A DNA stretch of 64,000 bases from Hyalangium minutum (GTDB taxonomy: Bacteria; Myxococcota; Myxococcia; Myxococcales; Myxococcaceae). The number at the start of each line of letters is the position of its first letter. Position 1 is the stretch's first letter. The notes under the pieces were generated by a model, which saw only the letters and a list, made by a program, of their open reading frames with translations, did no database searches and had not been told where the DNA came from. Position numbers and translations under genes: made by a program. Positions 10,478 to 19,779 of the stretch are shown here, piece after piece. The DNA is taken from assembly GCF_000737315.1 (NCBI RefSeq), contig NZ_JMCB01000004.1, positions 62,001 through 126,000 of the forward strand, written 5' to 3'.

Positions 10478-13400
10478 GTGAGGCTCGCCTTGATGGCGGG
10501 CCTGCTGCTGACGGTGGCCACCACGGCCAGCGCCAGCTGGACAGTGAAGGACGTCCCCGGCACTCCGAATGACGTGGAGGTGTGGGACGACACGCGCTTC
10601 TCCGTGTCGACCAGCACGGGGGCCTATCTGTACAGCACGGATGGGGGGACGCTCGCGAGCCTCTCCACAGGCCCCTCCACAGGCACCTACCTCACGGGCA
10701 ATGGATGTTTTGCCAGCTTCGTGAGCAACGATTCCGTGGTGTCTCCGGCGAACTGTGCCGGCGCGGACAACGTGCTCGGTGATAACCGGCTCGCGGGTCC
10801 CAAGGTGAAGGCCACCGAGACAGGGGCCTTCTACGCGTTGGTCCAGGAGCCTGACCTCGGTGCCGCACGGGTCGCTTTCGGGCCTCCCGGCAGCTTCGAG
10901 GCGAGGCCCTGGCGCTCGTATCAACTGTTTTCGGGAACGGCGATGGCCTTGGGGGTGGCGCACCACGGAGCTGCGGAGCATGCGCTGGCTGCGGTGAGCT
11001 TCCTGCGCGACGTGAACCTGCACTGGTTGATCGATGGTTCCCCCGCTGGCACCCCGATCACCCCCCTCAACGATGGAAGCTTCCCGCCCAAGGAGGTACA
11101 GACCATCGACTTGTTCCCCACGGGGCGCGCCGATCCCACGGCCCTGCTCGGCTGGAACAATGGGCTCTACCGAGGGGAGCTGAGCCGCGGCCCCGGTGCG
11201 AATGTCTCCTTCGGGGAGGTCCCCCTGCCTGGGGGCCCGGGCCTGGTCACGGCCCTGGATGTGAACACCGGAGTGGGGGCTCAGCACGGCGATGGCTTCG
11301 GCATGGCCACGGTCCGGCGCTCGGGCGGTGTCGCCCTGTTGAGGACGGTGCCGACAACTCGGCCCCAGGACATTGGGACCCAGTGGGTGGCGAGCACGCC
11401 GGTACCCGCATTGTCCTCGTTGCTCAGCCCGAGGTACCTGGAGTGCCAGGGCGCGAAGCTGTGCGTCGTCGCGCAGACCACCGCCAATACGGGCAACGTC
11501 TTCGTCTACATCAATGACGCGCCTCCGCAGCTCATGGTGGGGACGGGGCAGGCCGAGCCGTTCATCCTGCCCGAGCGCACGAGCCGCACCGTCAACGTGA
11601 GCGCCCCGGACTCGGATGGGGATCCGGTCCGGCTGGAGGTGTCGCCGAGCAGCGTGTCGCTCCCGGGCCTCACCATGACGCCGACGGTGGTGGGTGGAGG
11701 CGTGGACCTGGCGATCACCGCGGGCGCCGTCTGCGCGACCATTTCCCAGCCGCTCACGATCACCGCGACCGACGGCCTGGATGGTCACGCGGTGGTCCGG
11801 AACTATCTGCTCCAGGTGCAGCACACCCTCCAGCCCAATGCGCCCGTGATCACGCCGCAGGAGCAGCCGGGCCCCATTCCGGCGGGCAGTGGGCGTCGGA
11901 CCTTCAAGGCCAGCCAGACGAACGCCGGGTGCGTCATCCGCGAGTACCGGTGGACGCCGCTGTCTCCGGGCGCTCCCCCGCTCGAGCTGAGCGGAGCGGA
12001 CAAGTCGACCGCGGTCTTCGACTCGCCCCAGATTTTGTGCAATCCGCTGGGTGAGACCCACCGCTACCTCGTGGAGGCCGTCGACGAGGGCGGGTTGGTG
12101 TCCCAGCCTACCGACCTCACCCTCCAGGTGTTGCCGTGGGGGGCCCCGAGCCCGCCGCTCGCGCCCAACACGCAGGTGACGGTGGTCGCGGGGGACACGG
12201 CGAGTGGGCCCGTGTGGCTGAGGCCCGCTGCACCCGTCCACCCCTGCGAGGGGAGCAACGGCTTCCCGGGCGTAGAGACCGTGTGGGAGCTCGCGGACGG
12301 TCAGCCGCCTCCCCCAGGAGTCCGGCTGGTGACCCAGGACGGCACGCGCATCACGGGCTCCAGAGTCGTGACGCCGGAGCTCGGCATTGAAGCGGACGAG
12401 TGCATCGACGCCGAGTTCTCCATCGACGTGCAGCACTTCACGGCCGGGGCGCCGGGGCCTGCCAGCGCCGTGTCTCGGGTGCTCGTGAAGGTGCAGAGCC
12501 ACTTGAACCCGGTCTCCGAGGGCACGGTGACGCTCACCCCGACCCTCACGACCGCGGAGTCCGTGGCCGGCATCGCGGGCGTGACGGGGATCCAGTGCCT
12601 CGACCAGCGCACGGAGCGGCTTCAGGCGCGCCTGACCTTGAAGCAGGGGGGCATGGTGATCCGCGAGGCGACGGTTCCCGTGCCGGGGCCCTGGCAGTTC
12701 ACGCTGGGAGAGGCGTGCTTCGGAGCCACCTACCAGCTCGAGGGCGAGCTGCTGGCTGGAAAGAACTCGGGCTCTGGGGTGCTGCCGGGTGGACCGCAGT
12801 CGGTGGTGGTGCGTGAGGACATCTCCGTGCCTCCCGTTGAGAGGGTGACGCTGGAGCCCATGGAGGCTCCGCACTTGACGGCCCAGTGTGGCCAGCCGGC
12901 CACCGGCACGCTGGAGCAGCGTCCCCTGGCGCCGTGCGCGGAGCTGCCGGTGTCCTGGGAGCAGGTGGGCGGACCCGCGCTCACGGAGGCCTCCTTCACC
13001 GGCCAGCGGATCGATGTAGCCACGCAGGAAGCGGACTTCGGGGCGCTCATCGGCCAGCAGGTGGTGATGCGCATGCGCGCCCGGACGATGCAGGAGACCT
13101 CGCTGGATCAGGAGATTCCCATCACCGTGGAGCCCTTCGTCGAGCTGCAGCGCCGCACCGAGCGGGGCACGGGCACCGACACGGGGCTCGTGGGCGTGTC
13201 CGTGGAGTTGCGCAACACCACGGCGTGCGGCGTGAGCGAGGTGGAGCACTGGGAGCGCCTCGAGGGCATGGACTACCAGCCTGGCAGCGCGCGCTTCAAC
13301 GGCACACCCGTGGAGGCCGAGCTGGACGGGGACGTGCTCAAGATGAAGGGGCTCGTGCTGGAGGGCGGCAGCTTGGGCCAGCTCACCTACGTGGTGCGCC

Positions 13401-13579
13401 CGCGGCTGCTCGAGAGCGCCCGCTTCGAGGGCCAGTCCTTCCTGCGCAAGGTCTCCCTCTCGCGCCCGCTGGAGGAGCCTCCCGTCGAGGGGTGTGGATG
13501 CTCGGGTGGGGGCTCGGGGCTGGCCGCGTTCGGGCTCGCGAGTCTGGCTGCGGCGTTGCGCAGCCGGCGGGGACGTTGA
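10478..13579 (+). CDS. MYXO-CTERM cell-surface protein with beta-rich repeats and a DUF11-like last domain
   Basis: GGAGG then GTG 10478, signal peptide MRLALMAGLLLTVATTASA; C-terminus GCGCSGGGSGLAAFGLASLAAALRSRRGR matches the MYXO-CTERM pattern. Confidence 0.85.
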   Translation: MRLALMAGLLLTVATTASASWTVKDVPGTPNDVEVWDDTRFSVSTSTGAYLYSTDGGTLASLSTGPSTGTYLTGNGCFASFVSNDSVVSPANCAGADNVLGDNRLAGPKVKATETGAFYALVQEPDLGAARVAFGPPGSFEARPWRSYQLFSGTAMALGVAHHGAAEHALAAVSFLRDVNLHWLIDGSPAGTPITPLNDGSFPPKEVQTIDLFPTGRADPTALLGWNNGLYRGELSRGPGANVSFGEVPLPGGPGLVTALDVNTGVGAQHGDGFGMATVRRSGGVALLRTVPTTRPQDIGTQWVASTPVPALSSLLSPRYLECQGAKLCVVAQTTANTGNVFVYINDAPPQLMVGTGQAEPFILPERTSRTVNVSAPDSDGDPVRLEVSPSSVSLPGLTMTPTVVGGGVDLAITAGAVCATISQPLTITATDGLDGHAVVRNYLLQVQHTLQPNAPVITPQEQPGPIPAGSGRRTFKASQTNAGCVIREYRWTPLSPGAPPLELSGADKSTAVFDSPQILCNPLGETHRYLVEAVDEGGLVSQPTDLTLQVLPWGAPSPPLAPNTQVTVVAGDTASGPVWLRPAAPVHPCEGSNGFPGVETVWELADGQPPPPGVRLVTQDGTRITGSRVVTPELGIEADECIDAEFSIDVQHFTAGAPGPASAVSRVLVKVQSHLNPVSEGTVTLTPTLTTAESVAGIAGVTGIQCLDQRTERLQARLTLKQGGMVIREATVPVPGPWQFTLGEACFGATYQLEGELLAGKNSGSGVLPGGPQSVVVREDISVPPVERVTLEPMEAPHLTAQCGQPATGTLEQRPLAPCAELPVSWEQVGGPALTEASFTGQRIDVATQEADFGALIGQQVVMRMRARTMQETSLDQEIPITVEPFVELQRRTERGTGTDTGLVGVSVELRNTTACGVSEVEHWERLEGMDYQPGSARFNGTPVEAELDGDVLKMKGLVLEGGSLGQLTYVVRPRLLESARFEGQSFLRKVSLSRPLEEPPVEGCGCSGGGSGLAAFGLASLAAALRSRRGR

Positions 13580-13583
13580 TCGA

Positions 13584-13603
13584 GGGCTCCGGCCTCGGAG
13601 CCC
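13584..13603. terminator. Hairpin between convergent genes
   Basis: GGGCTCCG-GCCT-CGGAGCCC, 8-bp perfect stem, no U tract. Confidence 0.5.
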
Positions 13604-13609
13604 GCAGCC

Positions 13610-15289
13610 TCAGAGCCCGAAGGAGATGCGGCGCTTGCTGCTGGACTCCTCGCGCCGCTCCTGGAGGATGCCCATCAGCTCCAGGCCGTGCAGCGTGGCG
13701 AGCGTCTCGCGCTCCGAGAGATCCGTGAGCGTGAGCAGATCCTCGACCGTCTTGGAGCCGTCCGCGTAGGCCAGCAGCATCGCCTGGGGGCCTGTCAGCT
13801 TCAGCTCGTGCAGGGCGTAGGGCGGAGCGGCCGTGGGTGACAGCCGGCGCGGGCGCGGCATCTTCTGCCGCAGGGACACCAGCGTCTCCAGCTTGAGCAC
13901 GCCCTCGAGGATGAGATCGCCCGGGAAGATGGACAGCTTCACCAGCCCCGTGCGCTGCAGCCGCATGGAGCTGAAGCCATAGCCCCCCGAGCTCCACGCG
14001 AAGGTGGACCAGATGATCTCCTTCACCTGCTCCTCGACGAGCTGACGGCGCTTGTCCGCGTCCAGGAGCCCCAGGCGCATCATCGCCTCCCCGGTGCGCA
14101 CGCCCTCCTCCTTCGAGAGCGCCGCCACGGCCTGCAGATCGCTGTCGGAGAGCAAGCCCCGGCGCGCGCAGAAGCGGGCGAAGCGCTCGTTGGCGAGGTT
14201 GGAGGCGGCGTACACGGGCTGGCCCGCTTCGAAGTAGACGACCTTGAGGACCTGTCCCTGCTTGAGCTTCAGCTCCCCGTGGTGGCGCGTCTCGTAGTAC
14301 GCGTTCAGGAGCCGAGGGATCGTGGCCTCCTTGATCTCTCCCTCGAGCGTCCACTCCGGCAGGGCGCGGCGGCCCGCGCGGGCTGGGGCCGGGGCCTCCT
14401 GGCCCTTCTGCTTGGCCCACACCTTCTCGCGCTCACCGAACGGCAGGACCTCCGGCTCGGCGGGGGCTGGCTCGGGCTCGGGTGCGGACTCGGGCTCGGG
14501 TGCGGACGTGGGCTCGGGCGCAGCGGCTGGCTCCGGGGACGCCGAAGCCACCGGGGGCTCGCTGGCAGCGGGGGACTGGGGCTCACCCTGAGTCGAGGAG
14601 GCGGCCTCGGCCAGCTCGGCCAGGAGCGCCTCGTCAGGGCCCAGCGTGGGGAGGGCGACACGGTGGCTGGACTGCTCCTCCTCCTCCTCTTCAGGGAGGA
14701 AGGCGTCCGGAGGCAGGGCGGTCGCGTGAGGCTGGGTCACCTCGTTGTCGGTGACCTCGCGCGGGGGAGGGGGCGGGGACAATGCCGCGGCTGGGAGCAG
14801 GCTCTCCTTCGGGCGCTCGGGCGGGGGCTCGCCCTTGTCCTCATCCTCCGGGAGCAGCTCCATGAGCTCGAGGATGGACTCCTCTTCCTCCTGGGCCTCG
14901 GGCGGGGGAGGGGGCGGGGCTATTGTCCGAGGCAGGCCGCACTTCTGCTCGAGGGCGTCCAGCAGGTCGTCCAGCTTGAAGGGCTTGGAGAAGAAGTCCC
15001 GAGCCCCGTAGACGCTGGTGGCCTCCCGGGCGAGCTTGTCCCCCTTGAACACGCCGCTGATGGCGATGGCGGGGATGCCGTGGGGGATGAGGGCGGTGAG
15101 CAGCTCGGAGCCGCGCATGTCCGGCAGGAGCAGGTCCACCACGGCCGCGTCGTAGGCACGGGGGCGGAGCAGCACGAGCGCTTCCTCCCCCGTGTGGACG
15201 GCCTGGGCCGAGTGGCCTCGGCTCTGGGCGGCCGCCACCATCAGGGAGGCGAGTTCGTGGTTGTCTTCGACGATGAGCAGTCGCGCCAT
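13610..15289 (-). CDS. Response regulator: REC, acidic/Pro-rich linker, DUF4388 domain
   Basis: MARLLIVEDN...VVDLLLPD...FFSKP receiver; LEGEIKEATIPRLL...HHGELKL...VVYFEAGQPVYA is DUF4388-like. Confidence 0.85.
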   Translation of the reverse strand: MARLLIVEDNHELASLMVAAAQSRGHSAQAVHTGEEALVLLRPRAYDAAVVDLLLPDMRGSELLTALIPHGIPAIAISGVFKGDKLAREATSVYGARDFFSKPFKLDDLLDALEQKCGLPRTIAPPPPPPEAQEEEESILELMELLPEDEDKGEPPPERPKESLLPAAALSPPPPPREVTDNEVTQPHATALPPDAFLPEEEEEEQSSHRVALPTLGPDEALLAELAEAASSTQGEPQSPAASEPPVASASPEPAAAPEPTSAPEPESAPEPEPAPAEPEVLPFGEREKVWAKQKGQEAPAPARAGRRALPEWTLEGEIKEATIPRLLNAYYETRHHGELKLKQGQVLKVVYFEAGQPVYAASNLANERFARFCARRGLLSDSDLQAVAALSKEEGVRTGEAMMRLGLLDADKRRQLVEEQVKEIIWSTFAWSSGGYGFSSMRLQRTGLVKLSIFPGDLILEGVLKLETLVSLRQKMPRPRRLSPTAAPPYALHELKLTGPQAMLLAYADGSKTVEDLLTLTDLSERETLATLHGLELMGILQERREESSSKRRISFGL

Positions 15290-15317
15290 GGGGGCCTGCC
15301 ACCATACCATTCAGCTC

Positions 15318-15704
15318 ATGGACGTTCAGGGCTTCCACCATGTGGCCATTCAGGCGAGAGATGTGGAGCGGGTGACCGCCTTCTACCGGGACCTGTTAGG
15401 GCTCCCGGAGCTGACCCGGCACCACCGCCCGGACGGCTCCCTGCGGAGCATCTGGGTAGGTGTCCCCGGAGGTGGGTTTCTGGCCATCGAGGCCGTGTCC
15501 GGGGAGCCCGAGCCACTTCCCTTCCGCCACGAGCGGCCCGGCTACCTGCTGCTGGCCTTCCGCATCCCCCGGGCCTCCCGGGGGGTGACGGTGGAGGCGC
15601 TCCTCCGCGCGGGGGTGCCCCTGGAGCACGAGACGCGCTGGACCGTGTACGTCCGGGACCCGGAGGGCAACCGGGTGGCCCTCAGCCATCACCCGGAGGA
15701 CTGA
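15318..15704 (+). CDS. VOC/glyoxalase family protein
   Basis: FHHVAIQARDVERVTAFYRDLLGL and VYVRDPEGNRVAL motifs. Confidence 0.88.
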   Translation: MDVQGFHHVAIQARDVERVTAFYRDLLGLPELTRHHRPDGSLRSIWVGVPGGGFLAIEAVSGEPEPLPFRHERPGYLLLAFRIPRASRGVTVEALLRAGVPLEHETRWTVYVRDPEGNRVALSHHPED

Positions 15705-15767
15705 CCGGGTACAACCGTCAGGGGTCGCCTTGCGAAAGGCGGACCCCCTAGGTATCAAGCGAGCCAC

Positions 15768-17531
15768 ATGCGCCTTGGGGAACTGCTCATCCAAGAGAAG
15801 CTCATCACGCCCCAGGCCCTGGAGGAGGCCCTGGAGGCGCAGGTCGTCCATGGCGGGCGCCTGGGGACGAACCTGCTGGAGCTCGGGTTCATCTCGGAGA
15901 AGGACCTGGCGCGCATGCTGGGGCAGCTGCACGGGTGTGCGCACTCCTCGGGGACGATGACCCCGGATGCCCAGGCGCTGGCCCTGGTGGACCTCAACGA
16001 CGCGGACAACAAGGACTACCTGCCCATGCGGGCGGACGCGACGCGGCTGAGCCTGGCGGTCATCAACCCCCGGGACTTCGCGACGCTGGATGCGTTGGCG
16101 TTCAAGACGGGCAAGCGGGTGGTGCCCGTGGTCATCCCCGAGTTCCGGATGAACCAGTTGCTGCGCCGCTACTGCAAGGCGTTCCGGCCGCTGCGAGCCA
16201 TCGACATGAACGCCATCCGGCCGCCCAAGGCGGCGCAGGAGGCGGCGGCGGGCGCTCAGGCCAAGGCCAATAAGACGGCGGAGCTCATCAGCGAGGATGA
16301 GTTCCAGTCCGTCTACGCCCAGGCGCTCACGGGCGGCGCTCGCTCCGAATTCATCAACGAGCTGCTCGAGGAGGAAGAGGAGGTCATCACCGGCGAGGAG
16401 GTTGTCGCCGAAGAGGAAGAGGTCATCACCGGAGAGGTACTGGAGGAGCCCGCGCCCGCGCCTGCGGCACCCGAAGAGGTGTACGCGTCGCTGCCGCCCG
16501 CTCCGCCCGAGCGGCCGACGCTTCCCATGTGGACGCTCCCGGCCGTCATGCCTTCACTGGAGCCGGCACCTGCCCCGAGCAAGCCCCCGGTTCCGGACTA
16601 CCCGATGCCTCCGGTGGCGCCCCCTGTGGCCGCTCCGGTGGCTCCTCCCGTGGCCTCTCCCGTGGCGCCGTTCCGGCCCGTGCCCTCGGAGCCTTCGCCT
16701 CCCGTGCCGGACATCCCGTTCATCCCAGCGCACGTTCCCACGCCCGCGGAGACGCCCGCGCGCCGCCCCACAGCGGCCTTCATCCCGGTTCCCTCGGACG
16801 CTGCCGCGCCGCGCGCCGCGCCGCCGGTGGGAGCGCTGCCTCCCGTGGCGCCGATCGTTCCGCCCGTGGCTCGGCCCACGATTCCTCCTGTCCCCACTCA
16901 GGCCAAGGCTCCGCCCGTCGCGGCCAGCCCGGGTGTCGCCGCGCCTGCGAAGCCGGGTGTCGCCGCGCCAGGGAAGACGGTGACTCGGCGTCCTGCCGCG
17001 CTCTCGGCCAAGCCGCCGCCTCCGAAGCCGCTCAACTTCGCGGAGGCCCAGGCACAGCTCTCGCAGAGCTCGGACCGCGAGGACGTGGCGACGACGGTGC
17101 TGCGCTATGCCGTGGGCCGGTGGCGGCGGTGCCTGCTGCTGTCGGTGCAGGGCAGCCTGGTGACGGGCTGGCACGGCATGGGCCGAGGCGTCCGGGACGC
17201 CGCGATCCGCCGCATTGGCGTGGCGCTGCGCGAGGGCAACACCTTCCGGCTGGTGCGGGACACGCGCTCGCACTACATCGGGCCGGTCCGCCGGGACACG
17301 GCGATGAACGTCTTCTACCGGCTGCTCGGCGCGGACAAGCGGCCGGAGCCGCCGTTCCCGAAGACGTCCGTGATCCTCCCGCTGCTCGTGCGGGGCAAGG
17401 TCGTCCACCTGCTGTACCTTGACAACGGTCCAGACCAGCTCACCACGCCCGATGTGGGCGAGCTGCTCATCCTGGCGCAGAGCGTGGCCCGCTCGTACGA
17501 GGCCATGATCCGGCGCCGCAAGAGCGCCTGA
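15768..17531 (+). CDS. MshEN/T2SSE_N-domain protein with Pro-rich linker and GAF-like C-terminal domain (FrgA-like), no ATPase
   Basis: Tandem RLGELLIQEKLITPQALEEALEAQ-VVHGG-RLGTNLLELGFISEKDLARML; no Walker A seen. Confidence 0.82.
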   Translation: MRLGELLIQEKLITPQALEEALEAQVVHGGRLGTNLLELGFISEKDLARMLGQLHGCAHSSGTMTPDAQALALVDLNDADNKDYLPMRADATRLSLAVINPRDFATLDALAFKTGKRVVPVVIPEFRMNQLLRRYCKAFRPLRAIDMNAIRPPKAAQEAAAGAQAKANKTAELISEDEFQSVYAQALTGGARSEFINELLEEEEEVITGEEVVAEEEEVITGEVLEEPAPAPAAPEEVYASLPPAPPERPTLPMWTLPAVMPSLEPAPAPSKPPVPDYPMPPVAPPVAAPVAPPVASPVAPFRPVPSEPSPPVPDIPFIPAHVPTPAETPARRPTAAFIPVPSDAAAPRAAPPVGALPPVAPIVPPVARPTIPPVPTQAKAPPVAASPGVAAPAKPGVAAPGKTVTRRPAALSAKPPPPKPLNFAEAQAQLSQSSDREDVATTVLRYAVGRWRRCLLLSVQGSLVTGWHGMGRGVRDAAIRRIGVALREGNTFRLVRDTRSHYIGPVRRDTAMNVFYRLLGADKRPEPPFPKTSVILPLLVRGKVVHLLYLDNGPDQLTTPDVGELLILAQSVARSYEAMIRRRKSA

Positions 17532-17562
17532 GCCAGCGAAACGGTCCTCTCCGGCCGCGCCT

Positions 17563-17806
17563 TATCCGAACCGGTCTGGTTGTTGGACAGGTTGGGCCAC
17601 GGAAAGGTGGGACGGGTGCCCCTGGGCACACTCTGTCCAGACCGGTCTGGCTGTCAGACAGGTTGGCGCGGAGCGGGTGGGGTGAGCGTCCTCCGGCCGT
17701 GCTTTGCCCGAACTGGTCTGGCTGTCAGACCAGTTGTTGCGCAGCGCGGGGGAGGGGCTCCCCGGAGGCGCCCTGTCCGGACCGGTCTGGTTGTCAGACC
17801 CGTTTG
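17563..17806. repeat. Four-unit array of a ~31-33 bp palindromic repeat, period 71/71/69 bp, between convergent genes (REP/BIME-like)
   Basis: 25-mer cores at 17569, 17640, 17711, 17780; consensus RACCGGTCTG-GYTGT-CAGACMRGTT; copy 3 is a perfect 10-bp stem. Confidence 0.85.
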
Positions 17807-17841
17807 TAAGCAGTGCCGCCGGGAGGGGCTGACCGGCGCCG

Positions 17842-19767
17842 CTACTCGCCTTCTTCCTGGTCCTCGAAGTCGACGCTGAAGTTCACGCGCTGGGTGGGTT
17901 CGACCACGAAGGACTTCTGCCAGCGCGCGCCGTTCACGATGACCACGAGCCGGTGCGCGCCCTCGTAGAGATCCAGCTCTTCCACGGGGGCCTTGCCCAC
18001 GTTGCGCCCGTCCACCTGAACCACGGCGCCCTCGGGGGCATGCACGTTGACGAAGCCCTTGTTCAGGTAGATGCGGACGGTGGTGCGGCCCTCGGGCCCC
18101 ACGGTCACCGTGCGCGAGGTCTGGATGCCCAGTGCCGAGTTGCTCAGCGACAGCAGGTACCGTCCCGGCGTCAGAGGCGCGATCACCGGAGTGCGCCCCA
18201 GCGGTCCACCATCCGGGAGGAAGGCGTCCACGCGCGGGTCCACGATCAGCTCCAGCGTGGGCTCGACCCCGGCATCCACGCCGCCATCCGTGCCTCCGTC
18301 AGCACCCAGCTCAGGCACTCCCGCATCCGCGGGCACGCCGCCATCCGCGAACGCCATCGGGTCCGTGGAAGGGGGCACGATCTGCGAGGGATCGGCGTTC
18401 AGCAGATCTCCCAGGCCCGGGATGTTCAGCGGGATCCTGTCTCGCGCGACGACCACGGCCGCCGCCACCGAGATCAGCATCAGCGATGCGATCACGGCCA
18501 CTACCGGGAATCGCGAGCCGGAGCCCTTCGCCGCCGGAGGTGGTGGCACGGGCGCCACGGGTCCAGCCGGCGCAGCCACGGGCGGCTGAGGCGTGGGAGC
18601 GGACGCTGCGGCAGGTGGGGGCACCGCGGCAGGAGCCGGCGGCGCGGAGGGGGTGGCGGGAGGCGTCGCGGGACGCGCAGTCGCGGAGTTCCCAGCCGGA
18701 GGAGGCGCGGCCGGGGCTTGTGGCTTGGGCGTGCTGGCCGGAGGCTGCGACGGAGCCTTGGCCACCGGCGCCGGGGCCGGAGCGGCAGGAGCCACGGTGG
18801 GCGCGGAGCCCGTCGCGGGCTTCAACGCACCCGAGTGCTTGATCGCCTCCGCGATCCCGAACTCGAGCACCTTGCTCCGCGCCGAGCGGGCCTCGTCGTT
18901 CACCGGGAAGAGCCGGTTCATGAACGTCATCAAGACGTCCTGAGGCGGCAGGTCGCCCATGGCCTCGACAATGGCCTCGCGCAGGGCGAGCGCCGAGGGG
19001 TAGCGCTCATTGGCGCGCTTGGCAGTGGCCTTGTGCACCACCGCATCCAGCCCGCGCGGGACATTCAGCGGCAGCGAGGGCAGCGCCTCCGTCAGCGTCG
19101 CCGTGTCCGCGTCCTTCGCGTCCTTGAAGGGGATCTTCCCCGTGAGCAGCTCGTACAGCGTGAGCCCCAGCAGGAAGACGTCCGTCTGCACATTGACGGC
19201 ATCGCGGCCGCCGAGCAGCTGCTCGGGAGCGCTGTACTTGCGCCGGTTGCGCACACGGCGGCCCCCGCGCTCGCGAGGCGCCACACCCAGCGCGCCGTAG
19301 CCCGTCACCTTGCACACGCCCGTGAACGAGATGATCAGAGTCTCCGGACGCACGTCTCCGTGCACCAGCGGCGTACCGTCATCGTTGCCGGCCATGTGCG
19401 CGTAGTGGATGCCCACGGCCGCGTCCGCCACGATCTTCGCGGCGAGCGGGGGCGGAATCTTCGGCGTCACCTCCATCACCCGGCGCAAAGTCTCGCCGTC
19501 GGCGTACTCGGTGACGCGCGCCAGGCCCTGATCCAGCTGCGTCAGGCCATGCACTTTCAGGATGTGAGGGTGATCGAAGACGACCGCGCGGTTCGTCTCT
19601 CTTCGCAGCTTGTCGATCAGCTCGGGATCCTGAGCCACTTCCTGCGGCGCCCAGATGAGCACCACGGGAGTTGGAGCAGCGCCCTCTTCGAGGGCCAACC
19701 CCAAGAAGGCCCGAGAACCCTCGCCCGACAGCAGAGGGCCCAGCGGTTGATAGCGAACCTGGCTCAT
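17842..19767 (-). CDS. Ser/Thr kinase-like protein (probable pseudokinase) with TM and C-terminal PEGA-like domain
   Basis: Kinase fold (HPHILKV, YSAPEQ, TDVFLLG), but VVLIW replaces VAIK, HGDVRPET, and GYG replaces DFG. Confidence 0.85.
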   Translation of the reverse strand: MSQVRYQPLGPLLSGEGSRAFLGLALEEGAAPTPVVLIWAPQEVAQDPELIDKLRRETNRAVVFDHPHILKVHGLTQLDQGLARVTEYADGETLRRVMEVTPKIPPPLAAKIVADAAVGIHYAHMAGNDDGTPLVHGDVRPETLIISFTGVCKVTGYGALGVAPRERGGRRVRNRRKYSAPEQLLGGRDAVNVQTDVFLLGLTLYELLTGKIPFKDAKDADTATLTEALPSLPLNVPRGLDAVVHKATAKRANERYPSALALREAIVEAMGDLPPQDVLMTFMNRLFPVNDEARSARSKVLEFGIAEAIKHSGALKPATGSAPTVAPAAPAPAPVAKAPSQPPASTPKPQAPAAPPPAGNSATARPATPPATPSAPPAPAAVPPPAAASAPTPQPPVAAPAGPVAPVPPPPAAKGSGSRFPVVAVIASLMLISVAAAVVVARDRIPLNIPGLGDLLNADPSQIVPPSTDPMAFADGGVPADAGVPELGADGGTDGGVDAGVEPTLELIVDPRVDAFLPDGGPLGRTPVIAPLTPGRYLLSLSNSALGIQTSRTVTVGPEGRTTVRIYLNKGFVNVHAPEGAVVQVDGRNVGKAPVEELDLYEGAHRLVVIVNGARWQKSFVVEPTQRVNFSVDFEDQEEGE

Positions 19768-19779
19768 GTGGTGATCATG

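Noticed and set aside
17563-17806. Calling the 70-bp array a bona fide CRISPR
   Set aside because: Repeats differ at several positions, spacers resemble each other, there is no AT-rich leader and no cas gene; kept as a REP-like repeat.
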